Source of the DNA: Welwitschia mirabilis
Taxonomy: Eukaryota
Length of the DNA stretch: 33,249 nt
NCBI GenBank assembly: GCA_051453625.1
Contig: JBOZIK010000001.1
Location: 21,365,703-21,398,951, forward strand
Reading direction: 5' to 3'
In this document: in pieces, positions 22,543-33,249 of the stretch
Numbering within the stretch: position 1 is the stretch's first letter
Layout of the letters: every line of letters begins with the position of its first letter
Translations under genes and position numbers: made by a program
Notes under the pieces: generated by a model
The model's database searches: none
What the model was told of the DNA's origin: nothing
Seen by the model: the letters and a program-made list of their open reading frames with translations, nothing else

Positions 22543-25500
22543 TAGCCCCCAACTTAGCCTTTGTCATTCCTTAACAAAGAATAGGTAAAAAAAATCACAA
22601 TTGTGAGTCAATTTTTTTTTCAAAAGATAAATTTGGAAATTATAAAATAGGCTCATAAAATACATCTCATAGATAAATAACAAATAACGCATAATGTGTA
22701 TGAAAATTTTATCTTATGAAAGATCTGAATTAAGTTGGAAATTTTTGAAAATAAGCCCCTCCCCCAAAACAAAAGGAAAAGCAATATGTCTTGTATTAAA
22801 AAATAAAGCAAAGAAAGTAGACGAGAGTGAAAAGGCATATAAAATAGAACAACTATCTAGACTAAGTTCAAAGCTAAGTAATGTTGGATTTGAAAAATAT
22901 AGATCTATAAAACATTCTGACTAGTAAAGAAAAAGAGTAGACAATAAAAATATTTTATCATAAAAATGATTAAGAGCAGTGTTTACAACATAAAAAATAA
23001 AATTTATTGAGAAAACTCAACTAGGAAAAAAGAAACTACTTTTACTGAAAACCAAATAAGAAAAATATGATGATTAACAAACTATAGTAATGACTTTGAA
23101 ATAACTAACTAAACTACAAAAGAAAATAAAAAGAATGGCCATAAGATAACATAAATGAAAGATAGCTTACCTATTTGATATTTTAACCTAGCAGACTCTC
23201 ATAAAAGAAATCATAACATCACTTGATGTGAAAATACATGACTTGATGTATGAAAAATTCCATTTGATAAGGCAGTGGTTNNNNNNNNNNNNNNNNNNNN
23301 NNNNNNNNNNNNNNNNNNNNNNNNNNNNNNNNNNNNNNNNNNNNNNNNNNNNNNNNNNNNNNNNNNNNNNNNNNNNNNNNNNNNNNNNNNNNNNNNNNNN
23401 NNNNNNNNNNNNNNNNNNNNNNNNNNNNNNNNNNNNNNNNNNNNNNNNNNNNNNNNNNNNNNNNNNNNNNNNNNNNNNNNNNNNNNNNNNNNNNNNNNNN
23501 NNNNNNNNNNNNNNNNNNNNNNNNNNNNNNNNNNNNNNNNNNNNNNNNNNNNNNNNNNNNNNNNNNNNNNNNNNNNNNNNNNNNNNNNNNNNNNNNNNNN
23601 NNNNNNNNNNNNNNNNNNNNNNNNNNNNNNNNNNNNNNNNNNNNNNNNNNNNNNNNNNNNNNNNNNNNNNNNNNNNNNNNNNNNNNNNNNNNNNNNNNNN
23701 NNNNNNNNNNNNNNNNNNNNNNNNNNNNNNNNNNNNNNNNNNNNNNNNNNNNNNNNNNNNNNNNNNNNNNNNNNNNNNNNNNNNNNNNNNNNNNNNNNNN
23801 NNNNNNNNNNNNNNNNNNNNNNNNNNNNNNNNNNNNNNNNNNNNNNNNNNNNNNNNNNNNNNNNNNNNNNNNNNNNNNNNNNNNNNNNNNNNNNNNNNNN
23901 NNNNNNNNNNNNNNNNNNNNNNNNNNAAGATAGCTCATCTATTTGCTATTTTAACCTAGCAGACTCCATGAAAGAAATCATAACATTACTTGATGTGAAA
24001 ATGCATGGCTTAATGTATGAAAAATTCCATTCAATAAGAAAGTGATTATGACAATGCTAAAGATAAAATAAATTATTGGACCAAAGAAGTATTTAAAAAT
24101 AAACTTCACTTGCCGTCATCTCAAAAAAAACACCTAAATCTCAAGAAATAAAATGAGCATGTGGAATATAGTAAGAGTCTACGAAACAAGCAATGCCTCT
24201 GATGATACCAAGAACACCATTGATTCATAGCCTTAAAGTTTTTAGTACAACTTTAATATCCATGATGAGAGGAGTGCAGCCACCATCAGAGAAGTAAGGA
24301 CCCACGAAGCATGGCCAACTGACCTCCCAGTGGAGTTCCCATAGCTACCATATTACATTGCTAAAGGCTTCTCTTAGAAATATTTGCCCTGGTGTACTTG
24401 CAGTAGGACATCATGGTAACCATATTTTTGAAATATGACAAATAAAATATCATGGCCTTATTTCATATCTTCTTTTTTCTTTTTTTTTTTCAACACAAAC
24501 ATTTCACATAAACAAATATTCTAAAAGACACAGATGAAAGTCATAAGATAAAGACAGAAAAAAACACTCTTAAATAATCTAATATTTTTTCACCCTTGAG
24601 AAAAATAAGCATCTTCTTTTAAATTAAAGTTCATAAACAAATGTTCTAAGATTAGGCGAATTCAATCTTATCACCAAAATGCCCAAGTCAAAAGACTAGT
24701 TATGGAGATAAATACATAAGTCAAGTTTAAAAAAATGATCAAGTAATGCCATAATAACCTCCAAAGGAAAAAGCTAAGAAAAAATTCAAACAGTTTCTCA
24801 TGAAATTCTAAATTTTATCCATTCACTTCTTGAAATTCTTAAGCAGTCAAGTCAAAAATCTCAACAGAGCCATAAAAATATATTTTCTTAAAATAACATA
24901 AAATAAAAATGATGATTTTATTAACTCTCATGCTAACCATCGTCCAGACAATAGAGAAGACAACAAGAATAGGAAAGAAAAATAAAAAATTATCAGAAAA
25001 TATAGAAATTTACCAAAAACCTAAAAAGCTATCAAAACTGACTATCATCTTATCTATCATGGTAACGATAGAGGAGAGGACATATTTATTATTGTAAAAA
25101 ATAGAATTACAAAATAAAAATAAAAATTAAAAATTAAAAATAGAAAATGAAATCAGAGACTATTAAAACAGAAAGCTAAAAGAAAATAGCAAGGTAAGAA
25201 AATTTTCTTTAATTTCTAAATATGAAATACAATTTTATTAAAAATAAAGAAGGTGAAATATGAATCTATTTTGGTCTCAAGATTTTTAGAGAAATAAGGT
25301 CCAAAACAAAAAATTAATAATTGATAAAACATAAGAGATGTACAATTATTTCCAAGTAAAATTAATTGGATGAAGAGAAGAGTAATGGATAACACTATAC
25401 AAGACCACAATAAAGCACAAATTTTGAAAGTTAAAGTGGAGAGAAATGGTAACTTTAGTAAAATATTTTCATGGAATCAAGAGTTTTATTTTGAGCATCA

Positions 25501-25636
25501 CAAGGAAAATTATATTTAAGTCCATTAAAAAAAAATTGATCCAAACTCAAATTATGATTTTTAATTTTTAGCTTATGTAATGGACAATCTCCCTCATAAT
25601 CTTTCTTGAAAAGTTGGACTTTTTACACTCTAAAGG

Positions 25637-26221
25637 TTAAATTTCTTCTTCATTTTTTATTTGGTTATCACAAAGTACATCCTTATTTAATTTCATATCT
25701 CTTACTTCAAGTGGGTGATGTTGTAGGAATAAAGTTGGTTTAATATTACTTTCAATGTTTATTTCATTATCACCTAAATATTTTTTAGCTATATTAAAAA
25801 CTCTAATTGAAAAAATTCTATTTTCAAAGTAGCATTTCATTGTTCCTGCGCTTATATCAATGATGCAATGGGATATTGCATAAAAGGCTCTTCTTAGAAG
25901 TAAAGGGTATCTTCTGTTATGCTCAACTTCTATGATAATCATATCTGTGAGGTAGTAAGCCTCTTCAATTTGAATTGCCAAATCTTTAATAATGTCTAAT
26001 GGTTTCTTAACTAAAGTATCTTTTAATTCTAAGATAACTGAAGTAGACTCTATTCTATCCTCCAAACCAAGTCTCTTACAAATGTAAAGTGGCATAATGT
26101 TAATACTCACTCTAATGTCTATTAAGTCTTTTCTGATCTTTTTGTTTTCATCTAAAATAACATTCATCATAGCTACTCTTAGATCTTTAAATTTGGATGA
26201 TTTTAATAATACTAAATTCAT
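25637..26221 (-). pseudogene. Athila-type aspartic protease domain, open 194-aa frame, probably N-terminally cut by the gap and catalytically dead
   Basis: LIDIRVSINIMPLYICKRLGL (LCDLGASINLMPLSI.K.LGL-type), ILELKDTLVKKPLDIIKDLAIQI and YPLLLRRAFYAISHCIIDISAG. The DLGA motif has become DIRV. Confidence 0.82.
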
Positions 26222-26325
26222 GAGGNNNNNNNNNNNNNNNNNNNNNNNNNNNNNNNNNNNNNNNNNNNNNNNNNNNNNNNNNNNNNNNNNNNNNNNNNNN
26301 NNNNNNNNNNNNNNNNNNNNNNNNN

Positions 26326-27696
26326 ACCATGAGACAGATTAAATATTAACTAAACAAACATAACTTCATTAATGGAGAATACGTCTTAGTATATATCATG
26401 CTCATAACTGATACATAATAATTCAAAACTAACTCTAACTGAAACACATGTCATGTAATGACTAAAATAAATGATAACATAACACTTTCACATAACTACA
26501 GAAATAATATAAAAGTGACATGCAATAACAACATGATAACTAATTCATCTCACTTTTCTCACATGCAACATTTCCTACAAAAGCACAGATAGTATGAGAA
26601 CTAAATCAGCATAGCTTCCAATGTGGACCATGACATGGAATNNNNNNNNNNNNNNNNNNNNNNNNNNNNNNNNNNNNNNNNNNNNNNNNNNNNNNNNNNN
26701 NNNNNNNNNNNNNNNNNNNNNNNNNNNNNNNNNNNNNNNNNNNNNNNNNNNNNNNNNNNNNNNNNNNNNNNNNNNNNNNNNNNNNNNNNNNNNNNNNNNN
26801 NNNNNNNNNNNNNNNNNNNNNNNNNNNNNNNNNNNNNNNNNNNNNNNNNNNNNNNNNNNNNNNNNNNNNNNNNNNNNNNNNNNNNNNNNNNNNNNNNNNN
26901 NNNNNNNNNNNNNNNNNNNNNNNNNNNNNNNNNNNNNNNNNNNNNNNNNNNNNNNNNNNNNNNNNNNNNNNNNNNNNNNNNNNNNNNNNNNNNNNNNNNN
27001 NNNNNNNNNNNNNNNNNNNNNNNNNNNNNNNNNNNNNNNNNNNNNNNNNNNNNNNNNNNNNNNNNNNNNNNNNNNNNNNNNNNNNNNNNNNNNNNNNNNN
27101 NNNNNNNNNNNNNNNNNNNNNNNNNNNNNNNNNNNNNNNNNNNNNNNNNNNNNNNNNNNNNNNNNNNNNNNNNNNNNNNNNNNNNNNNNNNNNNNNNNNN
27201 NNNNNNNNNNNNNNNNNNNNNNNNNNNNNNNNNNNNNNNNNNNNNNNNNNNNNNNNNNNNNNNNNNNNNNNCAATAAGAGACATGACCAAGACTTCCATC
27301 AGTTTACATTATTGTTTTTAGTAATTTTTCACCATATTACTATAAGTAAACTAGTTTCACACAACTAGGAGGGTTAAGATTATTTATAATGGAACACATA
27401 TTTTTCCCTTTCTACCCTAGAGGTTTGGTCCAATGGCCTCGAAACTTATAACAGAGAGCTTCACTCTCTAAGGTCCAAATAACTAGTTACCTCAGTTGAA
27501 ATTTAATAATTATGATTTATTCACACCAAGGTCTATGATCAATAAGAGACTATAAGAGTTTAATCATGATAACTTAATCATAATGGATGATAACAAGATT
27601 ACTCAAGATTCACAAGAAGATCAAAAGAATCAACCTCAATAAATTATTAAAAGACTCACACAAGTGGAGGTAACTGACTATAAGTCATAAGAATTG

Positions 27697-27757
<61 letters not shown>

Positions 27758-28504
27758 ATAGAAATACATGCATATTACATTCATTCAAGCTATAAAATAC
27801 AAGATAAAAAGATTGCAATATGTAAGATATGTAAGTATGTAACAAGGAATTTATGGATCATACTTATTCTTAATGAAGTCCATGTGCTCATAGAGGAAAT
27901 CAAACTCCACATGATCAAGTTACCAAATATGATTCTAAGAACAAGGGTTTCAAGTATTTAGGATAGGGGACTAATAGTATGATTGATAGTAGGGTTAAGT
28001 TTCAACAAAAAGTCTAGGTTTCCTTAACCCTTCCTTTCCAAGTCTGGCCACTGGGCATGAACAATAATATAATATCATTTGATAAATAATTTTAACTACA
28101 TGAAATAAATAAATATGAAATAATACTTAAGATCACATGTAATTATCATTGCATGAATAAAACATACTTATGAAAATCAATGTTAAACTACAGTTACAAA
28201 AAATCTAAATTACATTAAAAAATCTAATGTTATTTGCATCTAACAATTAGTCATGCATAATCAATATAAATATCTAAATCAATTGAAATTCTAACTAAAT
28301 AATAACTTCAAGTTATATTTCAATTAAAGATATAAATAATATTTTGCATCAACATAAAATTCTATTATTACTTTTACTTTAGTTTCCTTTACTTTCAACT
28401 AGAATCTAAATTATTTATTATTTAAAAGGAAGTTTTTGATATCTAATTATTTATCAAAGAAACTAAGACAGGTTTCTAACCTTGGCAGAACTTTGAATGT
28501 AACA
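26326..28504 (-). repeat. 3' LTR of chromovirus D (partial, at least 2.1 kb including a gap)
   Basis: Minus strand begins TGTTACATTC at 28504, right after the PPT. The far end is hidden in gaps and no partner LTR is in the window. Confidence 0.6.
27698..27755 (+). repeat. (CA)29 microsatellite
   Basis: 58 bp of perfect CA repeat. Confidence 0.97.
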
Positions 28505-28507
28505 AAT

Positions 28508-28520
28508 ATCTTCCTCTTAA
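28508..28520 (-). other. PPT of element D
   Basis: Minus strand atttctaggggaaaacatcttaagaggaagatatt-TGTTACA, the typical Tekay pol-end, PPT, LTR arrangement. Confidence 0.75.
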
Positions 28521-28531
28521 GATGTTTTCCC

Positions 28532-31152
28532 CTAGAAATGAGCTAGCAACTTAGGTTTTCACTGCAAGATGTAATACTTTGTCTCCCAAGTTGCCTCATT
28601 TTTTGTTTGCCCTAACCACTTAACCTTAACATAATTTAACTATTTTCCCTTCATTAAGTAACTTCACTAGTTGCGATTCTATTGAACAATCAAGAAGAAT
28701 GGTAATATCCTAATCTGGAATGATCTTCATCCTATCAATAATAAATTTTCTCAATAACAATATATGAGAGACATTATGTAGCATGGATAGGTGTAAGGGT
28801 AAGGCTAACTCATAAGCCACAGACCTAACTCTACAGATCATGTGGTAGGATCCAATAAATCTTGAAGCTAACTTCCCTGTCTTACCAAACTTGAATACTC
28901 CCTTAAATGAGGAATGTTTGAGAAGCATGTAATCACCTTCTTGAAATTTTAGCTACCTTCTATGCTAATTTTCATACTTCGCTTGCTTATCCTTTACAGC
29001 TTAGAGTCTTTTCCTAATTTACTTAACTATTTCTTCTAACTATTAAGTGGAGGGGACTTATAATAACCTTTTATCCAAAGCATTAAATCAAGAATATGAA
29101 GTCCTACATACCCTTTGATATAAGTCCTTCAATAGAGCACATCTAATAGATTTCTAATAGCTATTGTTATAAGTGAACTCCACCAATGGCAAATGATCTA
29201 CTCATGAACCACAAAAATCTAAAATAACCATTCTTAATAAGTCATCCATAATTTGATTTATTTCCTCAGTTTTCATTAGTTTAGGGATGAAAAGTTGTAC
29301 TCAAACTTAGCTTCATTTCCAACTCCTTATGAAAGGTAATCTAAAATCTAGATGTGAACTTAATATCTATATCTAAAATTATCACCTTAGGAATTCCATG
29401 TAATCTAACAATATTCCTAACATACTCCCTTACAATTCGTTCAGTCATATCTATCATGTTCACTAGATAGAACTAAGCACTCTTCATTAAAAGGTCCATA
29501 TAATAAAGATAGAATCATATCCTTCCTTCATCATTGATAAACTTGTAATAAAATTCATACCTATGATTTTCTACTTTCACTCTAGAACATTATGAGGGTA
29601 CATAAGTCTTGTTAGATGCCTATGCTCAGCCTTGACTAACTAATAAGTCATATAGATAGCTATAAATTTAAGTATCTTTGATTTTATTTCTAACCACTAA
29701 TATAACTACTTAATATCTCTATACATCTTATTAACTCCTTGGTGAATGGCATATTTATTTTTATGAAACTCCTCAAAAATTAGATTGTTAACTCTTGTCG
29801 CATCAAGTAGCATAATCTTTTCTAAATAATAGATCAAATTAATTGCCAAAATGGTAAATCCATCTAACCCAACTTTTCTCACCCTTCTACATAAAGGGAA
29901 ATTCTATTTCACTTTTAAGATCGTTCTTTACAGCTCGTTATCCACTCTTAATTATAGAGTGTATGCCTTCTTTTACTTAGAAAATTAGCTACCACATTTT
30001 CCTTTTCTACATGATAATTCACTATGAAATCATAATCCTATAAAAATTCTACCTATCGCCTTTGCCTGAGGTTCAAATTTGGTTGCATATAAATATACTT
30101 TAAGCTCTTATGATTAGTCTAAATCTCTATCTATTTACCCTAGAGATAGTGACTCTAGATTTGTAGTGCATGAATGAATGCTAATAACTCCAAGTCATGA
30201 ACAAGATAATTTTTCTCATGATTCTTTAGCTGCCTAAAAGCATAAGGTATCACTTTACCATTTTGCATCAAGACTACTTCTAAGCCTTCTCCTAAGGAAT
30301 CTATGTAAACTATATAAGGCTTTCTTAGTTTTGGCATCCTCAAGACTGATGCTAAGACAAGAATTACCTTAAGCATTTAGAAATCCTCATCACATTGATT
30401 GATTCATCCAAACTACCTATTATTTTATAGCAATGAAATCAAAGAGGAAGCTACCCTAGAAAAATTCTTTATAAATATTCTAGAGTATATGGTAAGACTA
30501 AGAAAGCTTCTAAATTCTAACATTTATTTAAGCTTAGGCCATTCCATAATAGCTCGGACTTTATACTTGTTCATACTAATTCCTTCTTTAGAAATTACAT
30601 GGTCTAGAAATTTAACCTTGGATATCCAAAACTTATACTTATTGGGATTTTCATAAAAATTATCTCTTCATAAGGTATCAAGCACTACCCTTAGGTGCTT
30701 CTCATGAGCCTCATTAATTGGAGAATATACCAAAACATTATCAGTGAAAGCTACCACAAAATCATCTAAATAAGCTTTGAAAATTCCATTCATCACCATC
30801 AGAAATGTTGTAGGTGCATTAGTAAGACCAAACAAAACTACTTAAAATTCATCATATTCATACCTAGTTTAGAAAGTTATTTTAGAAACATCTCCTTCCT
30901 TGATTCAATGTTGATGATATGTTGACTTAATATCAATCTTGAAGAATACTTGAGAATACTTAAGCTGATCAAATGAATCCTTTATCTAAGGTAAGGAATG
31001 ACTATTTTTTACTGTGACTTTATTCAGCATTTTGGATTCTACACACAACCTCAAACTTCCATCCTTTTTTTAACAAAAAGGACCAGTGCTCTCCATGAAG
31101 AGATACTTGGCCTAATTAGCTCCTTATCTAGAATTGTAATTATCTAAGACTT
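28532..31152 (-). pseudogene. pol: Decayed Tekay/Del chromovirus pol: RT, RNase H, integrase, chromodomain
   Basis: RT: LIRPSISSWRALVLFVK, DGSLRLCV, FGLTNAPTTF, FVVAFTDNVLVYS. RNase [26 protein letters not shown]. Integrase: HKNKYAIHQGVNKMYRDIK, VKAEH, FGKTGKLASRFIGSY. Chromodomain: VKVKWLGQTKNEATWE. The order RT-RH-INT is the gypsy order. Confidence 0.95.
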
Positions 31153-32616
31153 TGTTGTGATGCCAATTTATAGGAATTTAATGGTATATTTAGAGTACTT
31201 TTACAGGACATTTATACAGGTTTAGATGTAATTCTGCTGATTGTGGAGAAATGAAAAGATAATCATGAAAACATATAATTCTTGACATAATTGGAGGAAT
31301 TTCAGGCATGATTTGATACTTAACATAATGAAGGAGGACTAAAGATGAAGAAGACCAATTTACGCTACCTGAGGAGCTTGGGAAGAGTGTCGTCCCTACT
31401 GTTGTCCCCATGACAGATGGGATGATAGCTCATAAAGAAAACTACAAAGGAACAGTTCATGTGCAACACTTGAATAACAGCACATGATGGTAGGGCATCG
31501 TCTCCTTGGTTATCTGAATAATAGGAAGGATGACGGATGCGAGGACAACACATGCATCTGATGACAGCACATGGGCTCACAGTCTAAGGTGTCATCCCCT
31601 ATGTTGTGTGAACGACCAATAGGATGACAGCCTCGGTAACATACACAGGTAACCTAAGGAGCTAACGATATCAAATGGGCACACAACCCAAGGCAAGAAG
31701 ACAGCATTATCCCTATTGTCATGTGGATGACAAATAGGATGACAACTGTTTTTACACTGTGGCAGTAGATTGCATTGTAACCAGTGCCAAACGGCCCATG
31801 TGGGTGGCTAGGGTTTTCTTAACAGACATCTAGGGTTATGATTCATTGTAAAACTATAAATACCCCTTCCCTCTTTCACTTCTAACCATCTTTTGTACTT
31901 GATATGCTTTTGATAGAAGCTTGAAGGTAGGAGGTCCATCCAGTAGCTGCAGAAAGGGGTTTCCTTAGTGTTAGGCTATTTCTCTTCCATTAAGGAGCTA
32001 TTATTCTGTTGTAAGTGGATGTAATGTTCTTTTCATTAATACAAATACCATTTCATTCTAATTCTGTGAATGTCCCTTATGCTTTAAGTTGGTCATAGTT
32101 AACTGACAGATTTATTTAGATCATGAGGGTAACCTTTGTTAAGGTTGACCTTAGTTAGTAATTGGTTTGCATTACATCTTTATTTCATTCCATATTATAT
32201 TTCATGTTCTACTTAGTATATTTTATAGTTTATGTTAGTTAAGAACTAGTTACATGCTCTTCTTAATTAATATAAATTATAGAAAGGATAGTTTTTATGA
32301 CAGAAAGGCTAGAAGCTAGTCCTTGTAACAGAAGGATTAGGATCTAAGTAGAATTTCATTTCTATTTACATTCACTTGCATTACATCTTCATTAATCTTG
32401 CATTGCATTTACTTTAATATTTACTTTCAGTTAGTAAAATATAAAAGATGAAAACTACCTTTGGAAATCAATTCTTTAACTCTGAGCCTAGTGCCTTCGT
32501 TGAGCTTACGACATTCGGATGAACTCCCGTATATACTAGCGTGTGTCTTTTTTGTAAGTTATATCATTTACAGGTTTACCTAAGGACTCAAGATTGCATA
32601 AATTCACACTGCAACA
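31153..32616 (+). mobile_element. LTR-E1 (1464 bp), Athila-like LTR related to family A, interrupting the RT of element D
   Basis: Starts TGTTGTG and ends cactgcaaca. The first ~90 bp resemble the LTR-A starts. TATAAATA at 31855. No PBS, PPT or TSD at its flanks. Confidence 0.8.
31387..31746 (+). repeat. Array of four ~42-bp imperfect palindromes separated by 50-70-bp spacers
   Basis: Units start near 31387, 31495, 31589 and 31704. Examples: tgtcatcc...ggatgaca and ttgtcat-gtgg-atgacaa. Confidence 0.8.
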
Positions 32617-32759
32617 AGTGTAAAGGTAATTTTTTCCTTAATATCATCAAAATATTATTNNNNNNNNNNNNNNNNNNNNNNNNNNNNNNNNNNNNNNNNN
32701 NNNNNNNNNNNNNNNNNNNNNNNNNNNNNNNNNNNNNNNNNNNNNNNNNNNNNNNNNNN

Positions 32760-33249
32760 ATAACTCATGTGCAACACTTAGACAGTAGCACATGATAATA
32801 GGGCATCATACCCTTGATCATTTGGATGATAGGAAGAATGACGAATGCAAGGACAACCCATGCAACTGATGATTACACATGGACACAAAGTCTAAGGTGT
32901 TATCTCCTATGTCGTGTGGATGACAGATAGGACGACAGCCTTAGTAACATACACGGCAACTCACAGAGCTAATGGTATCACATGGGTACACAACCTAAGG
33001 CAAGAATATGGTGTCGTCCCCACTATCGTGTGGACAACAACTAGGATGATAGCTAATTTTACATATCCACAATAAATACTATTGTAAATGAGGTCAAGGG
33101 ACCCATGTGGGTTGCTAGGGTTTTCTTAACGAACGTCTGGGATTATGGTTCATTATAAAACTATAAATACCCCTTCCCTCCTTCAATTTTAACCATCTTT
33201 TGTACTTGATATGCTTATAACAAAAGCTTAAAGGCAAGAAGTCTATCCA
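32760..33249 (+). repeat. LTR-E2, partial second copy of LTR-E
   Basis: Colinear with about 31452-31940 at roughly 80% identity by eye; has three palindromes and TATAAATA at 33162. Confidence 0.85.

Larger units (their letters stand above)
21460..26225 (-). mobile_element. Athila-like element C (family A): protease ORF, 3' internal region, PPT and 3' LTR; 5' part lost at a gap
   Basis: 22543-25380 is an inverted homologue of 5680-7826, with a protease ORF upstream. It spans a 646-N gap whose flanks overlap imperfectly. Confidence 0.78.

Noticed and set aside
1..25380. Large inverted repeat (A versus C) as a foldback or DNA transposon
   Set aside because: Explained by independent insertions of one LTR family in opposite orientations; no transposase or TIR/TSD structure.
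14337..27321. Long ORFs in the track made mostly of X
   Set aside because: They are open only because they run through N gaps.
30399..30656. 85-aa plus-strand ORF
   Set aside because: Antisense shadow of the RT region of element D.
31190..31580. Two minus-strand ORFs of 71-73 aa
   Set aside because: They lie within the GC-richer palindrome region of an LTR and have no recognisable domain.
31387..31746. CRISPR-like appearance (palindromic repeats plus spacers)
   Set aside because: Repeats are highly degenerate, spacers are irregular and conserved in the second LTR copy, there are no cas genes, and the context is a eukaryotic LTR.

Overview
This is a very AT-rich, CpG-depleted, gap-riddled (13 N-runs) eukaryotic window, almost certainly plant heterochromatin. 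It consists of decayed and nested Ty3/gypsy LTR retrotransposons. I find no host gene, rRNA, functional tRNA or CRISPR array. From left to right: (A) a tandem Athila-type array sharing a middle LTR (3' internal 1-1946, LTR 1947-2984, tRNA-Asp-type PBS, internal region with a decayed acidic ORF but no visible pol, PPT, LTR 7827-8909). (F) An older Athila-like gag/protease relic (about 8950-12171). (B) A minus-strand Tekay/Del-like element with ~3-kb LTRs, a Met PBS and gag+protease only (12182-21459). (C) A minus-strand copy of family A inserted into B's 5' LTR, carrying a protease ORF (21460-26225). (D) A minus-strand chromovirus with decayed RT-RNaseH-integrase-chromodomain and 3' LTR (26326-31152). 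(E) Two LTR copies related to family A, the first interrupting D's RT. I see no convincing novel biological system. The most interesting signals are a recurring ~42-bp palindromic motif in the A/C/E families, RT-less gag/protease-only elements in two lineages, different coding payloads upstream of one shared 3' region, a tRNA-like A/B-box cassette inside an LTR, and strongly directional G>A/C>T decay. All identities are by-eye estimates and lineage names rest on remembered motif consensuses, not searches.
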